64,000 bases of DNA from Oscillospiraceae bacterium (GTDB lineage Bacteria; Bacillota; Clostridia; Oscillospirales; Ruminococcaceae), in NCBI GenBank assembly GCA_024404815.1, contig JAKSPL010000006.1, positions 7,414 through 71,413 of the forward strand, given 5' to 3'. Shown piece by piece: positions 1-7,586 of the stretch. Every line of letters starts with the position of its first letter. Position 1 is the first letter of the stretch. The position numbers were made by a program, and so were the translations under genes. A model generated the notes under the pieces. The model did not search any database, had not been told where the DNA came from, and worked only from the letters and a program-made list of their open reading frames with translations.

Positions 1-198
1 CGGTTTCACAGTACGTGAAAAATTATCTACATTAGTATAGCATACTTTTTTTGAAAATGCAAGGGGTTTTCCAAAATTTTTTTGCACAGGGCGGTATGTC
101 TGTCTGCAGGAAATGATAAGCCTCACTCAAATTTATTGCAGGAACAGCTTGTTTTCTGGTAAAATGGTGAAGATTTGATGAAAAACGGCGCAATTTGC

Positions 199-227
199 TT
201 GTAAAACAGAAGAAGATGTGCTACAAT
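199..227 (+). promoter_or_regulatory. Putative sigma-A promoter, -35 TTGTAA / 17 nt / -10 TACAAT
   Basis: Hexamers read at 199-204 and 222-227 with an exact 17-nt spacer, about 40 nt upstream of the GTG start at 269. Confidence 0.5.
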
Positions 228-268
228 ATATAACGAATTATTATAGACAGAGAAAGGGATGAAACATT

Positions 269-1147
269 GTGATAGCATTTGAGGGCGAAAAATGTCTTGT
301 CTGCGGACAGGAAATGAAAAAAGATGATGAAATTGCCGTGTGTCCTGAATGCGGAACACCGTATCACAGAGCCTGTTATCTGGAAAAAGGACAATGTATC
401 AATACCGCGCTGCATCAGTCCGGCGTAAGCTGGCAGAAACAGCAGGAACAAGAACTGATCCGCCGCAAAAGCGAAGAAAAACGGGCGGAACAGATGGAAC
501 AGGCACTCGAACGCGAACAAAACGGCGGCAGCGGAATGTTTCAGGAATCGCTGTACGATGGTGTACGGCTGGACTCCGAGGAACCTTGTGTCGGACTGGA
601 TCCCACAGAGGAATATGACGGCGTGACGATGGGTGAACTGGCAGAATTTGTGCATACGAACAAATTCTACTATCTGCCGCTGTTCCGACTCATGAAGATG
701 ACGGGAAAGCGGATGTCGTTCAATCTGTCGGGACTGTTTTTCCCCGAACTGTATTTTGCAAATCGCAAAATGTGGGTGATGGCGATTATTTCGCTGGTGC
801 TGAAAATTCTGTTTTCGATCCCCACATGGCTGGAAATGATGGTCAGCGATATGGGCATTACGCTTTCGTGGCTGAATCTTGACAGCCCGCTGTTTTTGAA
901 CTGTGCCAGAGTGTCCAGCATCGGTGCGTTGATTTTCCCGCTTGTTTGCTGTGTATTTGCGAATTACTGGTACTATCGGTTTGCAGTCAAGAGAATTCGG
1001 AAACTGAAGCAGACCGCCCCCACCGAAGAAGATTTCCATACGGAGCTGAAAGTGTTCGGCGGAAGTAAGCTTTCCAATATCGCCATTATTTTCGTATTGG
1101 AAATGGCTTTGCTGTCCATTCTGTTGTTCTGCATCGAGAATATTTGA
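269..1147 (+). CDS. Membrane protein with N-terminal Cys/His zinc-finger and DUF2628-like TM region
   Basis: 292-aa ORF with GTG start. Residues 9-49 read C-x2-C-x12-C-x2-C-x4-H-x2-C-x6-C-x5-H (CLVCG...CPECGTPYHRAC). C-terminal half has FYYLPLF...FFPELYFANRKMW and several hydrophobic helices, as in DUF2628. Confidence 0.7.
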   Translation: MIAFEGEKCLVCGQEMKKDDEIAVCPECGTPYHRACYLEKGQCINTALHQSGVSWQKQQEQELIRRKSEEKRAEQMEQALEREQNGGSGMFQESLYDGVRLDSEEPCVGLDPTEEYDGVTMGELAEFVHTNKFYYLPLFRLMKMTGKRMSFNLSGLFFPELYFANRKMWVMAIISLVLKILFSIPTWLEMMVSDMGITLSWLNLDSPLFLNCARVSSIGALIFPLVCCVFANYWYYRFAVKRIRKLKQTAPTEEDFHTELKVFGGSKLSNIAIIFVLEMALLSILLFCIENI

Positions 1148-1197
1148 AAAAGCCATGTGTTTTTCAGGGAAGTAACCGTATTGTAACAAAATACCGC

Positions 1198-1226
1198 TTG
1201 CAATCCATCGCAGACCATGATATAAT
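1198..1226 (+). promoter_or_regulatory. Putative sigma-A promoter, -35 TTGCAA / 17 nt / -10 TATAAT
   Basis: TTGCAA at 1198-1203, TATAAT at 1221-1226, 17-nt spacer, upstream of the GT2-GtrA gene. Confidence 0.55.
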
Positions 1227-1322
1227 AGCAAATGATGATTTTTTTAAGAGTTTACGACAGTACGGCACGAAATAACAGATCAGATGCCGAACGAATATCA
1301 GAAACGGAGGATTTCAGCGTAT

Positions 1323-2387
1323 ATGAGATCATATGATGATATAACGGTTATCATCCCATCTCTGGATCCCGATGCGCGGCTGCTGGAAGTGATCGAAGGC
1401 GTCACGCAGAAAGGATTTTCTGATTTGCTGCTGGTGGATGATGGCTCAGCGCCTGAAAATCAGCATTTTTTTGAGGAAGCCGCAGAAAAATACGGCTGTG
1501 AAGTTCTGCATCATCCGCACAATCTCGGAAAGGGCAGAGCATTAAAGACCGCATTTGCGTGGATTGAGGAAAATCGTCAGAATATCCGCGGCTGTGTGAC
1601 CATTGACGGCGACAATCAGCACCATCCGGATGATATTGCCGCCTGTGTGGATAAAATGCTCGCAGGGGACTGCAAAGAACTTGTTTTGGGTGTCCGCGAT
1701 TTTGATGCGGAGAATGTACCGCCGAAAAGCAAATTCGGCAATAAATGTACATCGTTTGTATTTAAGGTGTTCTGCGGACTGAAAGTATCGGATACGCAGA
1801 CGGGACTTCGTGTGTTCCCGAAATTCTGCATCCCGACCATGCTGGAAATTGCAGGCGAACGGTTTGAATACGAAACCAATATGCTGCTGGTCTGCAAAAA
1901 CGCAGGCATTCCGCTTGTGGAACAGACCATCCGCACGATCTATATTGATGCGAATGCCACGACACATTTTCATCCGATCAAGGATTCTGTGCGTGTTTAC
2001 GGCATTATCATAAAGTTTTTCCTCAGCTCGATCCTCTCGTTTGTGATCGACTACGGGTTGTTTAACCTGCTTTATGCGCTGACAAAGCATCTGTTTGCAT
2101 CCACGGTGATCGCCAGAATCGTCAGCTCGCTGTTTAACTTTACCGTCAATCGAAAAGCGGTATTCAAGAGCAAAGCACCGCTTGCAGGCACGATGATACG
2201 TTATTATATCCTCTGTGCCGTGCAAATGCTGACCTCGTATCTGCTGGTTGCCCTGTTGTCGTGCATCTTCGGCAAGAGTTCACTGATCGTTGCGATTCTG
2301 AAGCTGTGTGTGGATATCTTCCTTTATTTTATCAGCTTCCGCATTCAGCAGGCTTGGGTATTTGCAGAAAAACCTGCTGAGAAATAA
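1323..2387 (+). CDS. Glycosyltransferase family 2 fused to a GtrA-like membrane domain
   Basis: ORF 1284-2387; ATG at 1323 preferred because GGAGGA lies upstream. N-terminal VIIPSLDP...VDDGS...DGDNQH is a GT2 fold. The C-terminal ~130 aa form hydrophobic helices with FNFTVNRKAVF, typical of GtrA. Confidence 0.85.
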   Translation: MRSYDDITVIIPSLDPDARLLEVIEGVTQKGFSDLLLVDDGSAPENQHFFEEAAEKYGCEVLHHPHNLGKGRALKTAFAWIEENRQNIRGCVTIDGDNQHHPDDIAACVDKMLAGDCKELVLGVRDFDAENVPPKSKFGNKCTSFVFKVFCGLKVSDTQTGLRVFPKFCIPTMLEIAGERFEYETNMLLVCKNAGIPLVEQTIRTIYIDANATTHFHPIKDSVRVYGIIIKFFLSSILSFVIDYGLFNLLYALTKHLFASTVIARIVSSLFNFTVNRKAVFKSKAPLAGTMIRYYILCAVQMLTSYLLVALLSCIFGKSSLIVAILKLCVDIFLYFISFRIQQAWVFAEKPAEK

Positions 2388-2415
2388 TTTATCTGTTCAT
2401 GAAAGGTGAGCGTTT

Positions 2416-3687
2416 ATGTCTTCTCCGAAAAAACCGATGCGGCTTGCGCTGTTGATCCCTCTGGATATTCTCCTGATCGCAAGCTGTAGTTTGTCCTTCT
2501 CGTATTTCCACCATGTACGGCCGCAGTCGTTGGAAAATGATCCTGCAAAACTGCAGCAGGCATTTATTCCCGACGGAAACCAGTACGGCAATGTTACAAC
2601 CGCGCCATTGTCGGCCGATGGAACAGACATCACGACACTTATATCAGGAATGACATCCAAAACGACTGCCGCAAACGGCGAAACGACCACGGGCGGCACG
2701 ACAGACAGCAAGGATGTGACAGGAGAAGAAACAACAGGTGACAGCAAATCGAAGGGCACAGATACTTCTGCGGCAGGCGGCGATTCGCATACGCAGCAGG
2801 GCGGTACTGACGCACACACCACGGCATCGAAAGTGAATGGTACAACGCAGTCCGCAGGAACTTCCAAAACGACGCGCCCTTCCACAACGACCACCACAAC
2901 GACCACGACACAGTTACAGCCCGATCTGAACGGCTGGGGATACAAATGGCCTGATGTGTTCCGTTTGGACAATGAGGTCGAAATTACAGAGAATTCCTAC
3001 CGCAGCCACGATGTCTGCATCAACATTGAAACCAGAAATGTCGGTGCGAGTGTGGCGTATATTGCGGACATTTATATCCGATACATCGAGAATTTCAAGT
3101 CGGCTTTCGCACAGGATACGTTCGGCAAGAATATCGTAGAAAATCAGGTGGCAATGGCACAGCGCAACAATGCGATCCTTGCCGTCAACGGTGACTACTA
3201 CGGTATCCGCGATACGGGTGTGATCGTCCGAAACTACACCTTGTTCCGCAACGAAACCAAGGGTGAACTTTGCGGCATCTACTACGACGGCACCGTGACC
3301 AACTATTTCAAGGACGGTATGGATGTCGAAACAGCTCTGCAAAGCGGACTTTATCAGACCATGACCTTCGGTCCGTATCTGATCATGGACGGCGTTGCAC
3401 GTACCAACATCGTTTCTGCGGTGACAGAAATCAATCCGAGAACCGGCTTCGGCTACTATGAACCCGGCCACTACTGCTTTATTGTTGTGGACGGCAGACA
3501 GGACGGCTACTCCGTCGGCATGACGCTTGATGAGTATACACAGCTGTTTGCAGAGCTTGGCTGCGTCAATGCCTACAATCTGGACGGCGGACAAAGCTCG
3601 GAAATGATTTTCAACGGCAATGTCTATAACAGACCGTATAACGGCGGCCGCTCTACCAGCGATATTTTCTTTATCGGCGAGCGGTAA
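2416..3687 (+). CDS. Phosphodiester glycosidase family protein (DUF2233/NAGPA-like), membrane-anchored with Thr-rich stalk
   Basis: 423-aa ORF with AAAGGTGA RBS. TM helix LALLIPLDILLIASC, then a Thr/Gly-rich stalk including TTTTTTTT. C-terminal AVNGDYYG ... NLDGGQSS motifs. Confidence 0.8.
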   Translation: MSSPKKPMRLALLIPLDILLIASCSLSFSYFHHVRPQSLENDPAKLQQAFIPDGNQYGNVTTAPLSADGTDITTLISGMTSKTTAANGETTTGGTTDSKDVTGEETTGDSKSKGTDTSAAGGDSHTQQGGTDAHTTASKVNGTTQSAGTSKTTRPSTTTTTTTTTQLQPDLNGWGYKWPDVFRLDNEVEITENSYRSHDVCINIETRNVGASVAYIADIYIRYIENFKSAFAQDTFGKNIVENQVAMAQRNNAILAVNGDYYGIRDTGVIVRNYTLFRNETKGELCGIYYDGTVTNYFKDGMDVETALQSGLYQTMTFGPYLIMDGVARTNIVSAVTEINPRTGFGYYEPGHYCFIVVDGRQDGYSVGMTLDEYTQLFAELGCVNAYNLDGGQSSEMIFNGNVYNRPYNGGRSTSDIFFIGER

Positions 3688-3713
3688 TTCCGAAAGGAGC
3701 ATGGCTTTCTCTT

Positions 3714-4175
3714 ATGAATGAAAAATCACTTTTCCGCCGCATTCTCGGCGGTTTGGATGCGTTTGCGCCGCATTTGCTGATGACGTTTTCGCTGATGATC
3801 ATGAGTTTTTACTTTATCACGATCGTGAATGACGCAATGGGATTCCTGACGGCAAGGATCTCTGCGTGCTTTCAGCTTGGCTACCTGACACTTTCTGCTG
3901 TTGTGGCATTGATCTGCCTGATCGCAGGGCGTGTCCGTCTTGCAGCAGTCCCGACGCTGGCAGTCAGCGCGGTGCTGTTTGTCCCGTCGCTGATCTCCAT
4001 TGTCAAAAACAGCAGCGAACTGCTTTCTAAGCCGCTTTATCAGAATGTGCTGATCGTCTGCGCATTCCTGACCTTTATCCTTGCAATCGCAGAGATCACG
4101 GTCATGCGGAAAAAAGCAATGGCGGAATATCAGGCTGCGAACCCCGAAAACAACGAAAAACCACAAGAAAAATAA
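3714..4175 (+). CDS. Hypothetical multi-pass membrane protein
   Basis: 153-aa ORF with about four hydrophobic helices and a charged C-terminal tail. No recognisable family; start uncertain. Confidence 0.5.
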   Translation: MNEKSLFRRILGGLDAFAPHLLMTFSLMIMSFYFITIVNDAMGFLTARISACFQLGYLTLSAVVALICLIAGRVRLAAVPTLAVSAVLFVPSLISIVKNSSELLSKPLYQNVLIVCAFLTFILAIAEITVMRKKAMAEYQAANPENNEKPQEK

Positions 4176-4376
4176 AAAGAAACGCCCACAGCCGTTCCTG
4201 TTGGGCGTTGCCGATTTTTCGGCTGAAAGGGTACGGGTAGGAGAAAATCGTATCCGCATTCTTATTATATCGTGTGTACCCTGCGAATTTTGTCAAAACA
4301 GCGCGGCGGCGGATTATTTTCGACCGCTGTGCAAATCATATCTACATATTTCACTTTATGACGAAAGGAAGATTAC

Positions 4377-5786
4377 ATGAAAAAGCATTGGATTCTTGCG
4401 CTGATGCTCACGGTGGCGATGCTGCTGCTTACAGGCTGCGAATGCCGCCACAAGGAGTGGACAGAAGCAGAATGCACGCATCCGAGAACCTGTGCGAAAT
4501 GCGGGGAAACGGAGGGCGAGGCTCTGGGACACGACTGGGTGGACGCGACTTGTGATGCTCCCCAGACCTGTTCGCGCTGCGGTGCAACGCTCGGTGAGCC
4601 GATCGGTCATTGCTGGAAGGGTGCGACCTGTGAAAACCCGAAAACCTGTGAGGTCTGCGGTGCAACAGAGGGCGAGCCTGTCGGTCATGTCTGGATGGAT
4701 GCAACCTGTGCCGCACCGAAAACCTGTGCAGTATGCGGCGCGACAGAGGGCGAATGCACCGACCACAGCTGGGCAGAAGCCACCTGTGAAAACCCGAAAA
4801 CCTGTGAGGTCTGCGGACTGACTGAGGGTGAGGCGCTCGGACATCAATGGACACAGGCAACGCTGAATATGCCTGCGGTCTGTTCTGTCTGCGGTGCGAT
4901 CGACGGAACGGCACTCGACTACACCTACGCAGGTCACGGTACCGTTAAGTGGAACGAAACGGGTTATATTCCGTTCTACACGGCGGAGAGCGAGGAGTCT
5001 GAACTGATCTGTTCGATTCCTGTCGGCACGGAACTGCGCTGCTATTTCCCGAAAACGGCAGGCTGGTACTGCACGACTTACAACGACCAGTGCGGTTATA
5101 TCCAGTCCACTGTCATGAATCAGCTGATCAATGAGAACCCGACCGACACCAGCCATGCAAATTCCGACCGCACATTTGATATGAAAACGATCGCAAATGC
5201 AAGCATTGGTTCGAAAGTCCAGTTTGGTCAGTTTACGCTGAACAGTGAATTCATTACGAAAAAGACTTCTCCGATCGAGTGGATCGTGATCGACAAGAGT
5301 GCAAACAAGATGCTGCTGCTGGCAGACCGTTCGCTGGAATGCCTGCCGTTCAGCGACCAGAAGACCAATACTTCCTGGGAAACCTCTACACTCCGCAAGT
5401 GGCTGAACAACGAATTCCTGAACACGGCATTCTCCTCGCAGGAACAGAATTATATCATGTCCACAACGCTGACAAATGCGGCGAACCCGAACAGCGGCAC
5501 CGCAGGAAACGGTACAACGGATAAGGTGTTCTTGCTCAGCTACGACGAATTCTTCAAGTATCTGAACAAGACACAGCACGCGACTACGACCATCACCTAC
5601 TACGCGCTGTGGCACCGCAAGGGCGCATTGAGCGGTATGCCGAGTGCATACTGGCTGCGTACCACGGGTGTATCTGACGGTACGGCGTGTGAAGTCGGTA
5701 CAAACGGCTATCCTGTCACCAACTACTGCACGGATGTCACTACACGCAGAGATGTTCGTCCTGCAATCTGGGTATCTGTTCCGTAA
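4377..5786 (+). CDS. Lipoprotein with six Cys-rich 26-27-aa repeats, SH3-like segment and DUF6273-like C-terminal domain
   Basis: Lipobox LLLTGC (Cys21). Repeats follow H-x-W-x2-ATC-x2-P-x-TC-x2-CG-x-TEGE. C-terminal IEWIVID...LRKWLNNEF...VFLLSYDE...YWLRT...VRPAIWV matches the DUF6273 pattern. Confidence 0.8.
   Translation: MKKHWILALMLTVAMLLLTGCECRHKEWTEAECTHPRTCAKCGETEGEALGHDWVDATCDAPQTCSRCGATLGEPIGHCWKGATCENPKTCEVCGATEGEPVGHVWMDATCAAPKTCAVCGATEGECTDHSWAEATCENPKTCEVCGLTEGEALGHQWTQATLNMPAVCSVCGAIDGTALDYTYAGHGTVKWNETGYIPFYTAESEESELICSIPVGTELRCYFPKTAGWYCTTYNDQCGYIQSTVMNQLINENPTDTSHANSDRTFDMKTIANASIGSKVQFGQFTLNSEFITKKTSPIEWIVIDKSANKMLLLADRSLECLPFSDQKTNTSWETSTLRKWLNNEFLNTAFSSQEQNYIMSTTLTNAANPNSGTAGNGTTDKVFLLSYDEFFKYLNKTQHATTTITYYALWHRKGALSGMPSAYWLRTTGVSDGTACEVGTNGYPVTNYCTDVTTRRDVRPAIWVSVP
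4449..4916 (+). repeat. In-frame tandem repeat, 78-nt period (six Cys-rich units)
   Basis: Units 3 and 5 share an identical string acctgtgaaaacccgaaaacctgtgaggtctgcgg at 4626 and 4782, an offset of 156 = 2x78. Confidence 0.8.
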
Positions 5787-5800
5787 TCAGTCAAACAGAC

Positions 5801-5840
5801 AAGCCTCCTATGGTATCAGACCGTAGGAGGCTTTTGCTTT
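5801..5840. terminator. Intrinsic terminator hairpin between convergent genes
   Basis: aagcctcctatgg / ccgtaggaggctt stem followed by ttgcttt, lying between the 4377-5786(+) and 5917-7347(-) genes. Confidence 0.7.
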
Positions 5841-5916
5841 GCCATGTAACAAGGCAAAAAAATGGAATCCCCTTTGCAGGAGATTCCAAAATACGAGAAG
5901 GATTTTGTTGAAAAGC

Positions 5917-7347
5917 TCATTGAATCTCTTCGACACGGACATTGGTGATATAGACCGTAGCGGTTTCGCCGTATTTGCCCATGTTGAATTCCAGTCTGCC
6001 GTTGTTGTCGTCTTTTGCAGTCATTTCGAAGTCGAATGTGTAGGTCTGCATCTCTGTGGTGATTGCCTGCTGTGTATCGGGCAGGTAACGCACCCAGTCA
6101 GCGGTCGGTGCTGTGACAGCAACGATAATATTGCGGTTCTCATCCGCCTTTGCGTCGAAGCTGACGCGGTATTTTTTGCCTTTGATCATCGGAAGCTCAG
6201 GCTGAACAAGCTGTACGGAATATTCTTCCGTGCCTGCATTTTCGGAGGAAATGACGATCATGTTGTCTTTGATTTCCGCCGCGCCGACGCCGCCGTTAAA
6301 GAGCAGGAACTTCCAGTTGACATCGTCATCCAGATCCTCAGCCTCTGCGAAATCGCCGTTGAAGATGTAGTTGCCGTCTTCCAGCGGTTCGCGGTAGTTC
6401 TTTTCGGGCTTTGTGACGTTGGTATCATAGGATTCTTTCTGATAAACACGGACATAGTCTACTTCGAATTCCGCCTTGTCGAAATCGGTCGAAGCGTCCG
6501 GATTGCCCGGCCATGTACCGCCGACTGCGAGATTCATCTGTACAAAGAATGTCTGGTCAAACGGTGCGGGGTATGGTTTTTCGTCCTCGCCCTCGACCGC
6601 AGAGAACCAGTCGTTTACGACCAGCACCTCGTTTCCGTCGATGTACCAGCGCATTTCACCGGGTTCCCATTCCACCGAATATTCGTGGAAGGAATCCGCA
6701 TAGGAACTGCCGTCTGTCAGCTGCCATGTGCCCTGTTGTTCGCCGTGCGGTTCGCCGTAGTGGAGGGTACTGTATGCCGTTTTGACATCGCTGCCCAGCA
6801 CTTCCATAATGTCAATCTCACCGCATTTCGGCCATTGACCGTAGTGCTGTTCGTCTGTCGGCATCATCCAGATCGCAGGCCACAAGCCCTGTCCCTCAGG
6901 AGCCTTTGCGCTGGCAACGACTTTTCCGTAGAGAAAGTCTTTTTTGCCCTGCGATTTGATTTTACCGGAAGTGTAATAGTCCTCGCCGCTGTCGGTTTTG
7001 GATTGAATGGCTTTCAGCACGAGTTTTCCGTCGCGTGTGAACACATTGTCTGTGGAGGTTGTGTATTCCTGCAATTCTTCGTTTGTCCAGCCCGGCTCAT
7101 GCGGATCGTAGCTCCAGATTTCCTCGTTCAGCTTGTCGTCTTCGAATTCATCATTCCAGAGAAGCTGATAGCCGTCCAGCTCGGGAGCTTCGGTTTTGAC
7201 CTTGGGAGCAGTTGTTTCGGTAGTGACTGCCACGGTCGTTTCCGCAGGCTCTGCTGCTGATTGACTGCCGCTGTCGCAGCCGCAAAGCATTGCCGTCAGT
7301 ACCGCAAAGGTTCCTGCTGCGGCACGTTTCCAGATTCGCTTTTGCAT
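5917..7347 (-). CDS. GH16 beta-glucanase (laminarinase-type) lipoprotein with C-terminal CBM4/9-like module
   Basis: Lipobox LCGC. GH16 catalytic strand GEIDIMEVLG. C-terminal ~150 aa NGDFAEAE...VQLVQPELPMIKGKKYRVSFDAKA...VYITNVRVEE resembles CBM4_9. Confidence 0.9.
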   Translation of the reverse strand: MQKRIWKRAAAGTFAVLTAMLCGCDSGSQSAAEPAETTVAVTTETTAPKVKTEAPELDGYQLLWNDEFEDDKLNEEIWSYDPHEPGWTNEELQEYTTSTDNVFTRDGKLVLKAIQSKTDSGEDYYTSGKIKSQGKKDFLYGKVVASAKAPEGQGLWPAIWMMPTDEQHYGQWPKCGEIDIMEVLGSDVKTAYSTLHYGEPHGEQQGTWQLTDGSSYADSFHEYSVEWEPGEMRWYIDGNEVLVVNDWFSAVEGEDEKPYPAPFDQTFFVQMNLAVGGTWPGNPDASTDFDKAEFEVDYVRVYQKESYDTNVTKPEKNYREPLEDGNYIFNGDFAEAEDLDDDVNWKFLLFNGGVGAAEIKDNMIVISSENAGTEEYSVQLVQPELPMIKGKKYRVSFDAKADENRNIIVAVTAPTADWVRYLPDTQQAITTEMQTYTFDFEMTAKDDNNGRLEFNMGKYGETATVYITNVRVEEIQ

Positions 7348-7538
7348 GATAGTTCTCGTCCTTTCTGGACAGTTTCGGGCGGCGTCTTCCGCGCAAGTGC
7401 ATACAGCCGAAGGGGGCGGCAGCAGGCATCTGCGCGTCAGATTGTCAGCCCGTTTGTCCGATACACCAATTATGCCATAATTCCGATGTAATTCCTACCA
7501 AAATCCCAACAGAAATGGTAATATCTTATCCTATTTAC

Positions 7539-7580
7539 AAAAACTCCGCCGTCAGGAACATTCCCGACAGCGGAGTCTTT
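7539..7580 (-). terminator. Intrinsic terminator of the LRR-dockerin-cohesin gene
   Basis: actccgccgtcagg / cccgacagcggagt stem; the minus-strand reading ends in a T-run (gagtttttg). Confidence 0.75.
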
Positions 7581-7586
7581 TGACAT

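Noticed and set aside
1284-1322. Upstream ATG at 1284 for the GT2-GtrA gene, and similar long N-terminal extensions at 13202, 14372, 16104, 16411, 22804, 26199, 30320, 30904, 31861, 42925 and 48410
   Set aside because: The extensions lack Shine-Dalgarno sequences, sometimes overlap promoters or upstream genes, and add non-homologous residues. Internal starts with GGAGG-type RBSs at proper spacing were preferred.
4356-5615. 419-aa minus-strand ORF
   Set aside because: It is antisense to the Cys-repeat lipoprotein gene. Its Arg/Cys-rich composition mirrors that gene's codons, and it has no start context.
5839-7260. 473-aa plus-strand ORF
   Set aside because: It is antisense to the GH16 lipoprotein gene, which has clear catalytic and CBM motifs. 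The ORF translation is Cys/Phe/Val-rich with no motifs or RBS, so it is a shadow ORF of a GC-rich coding region.
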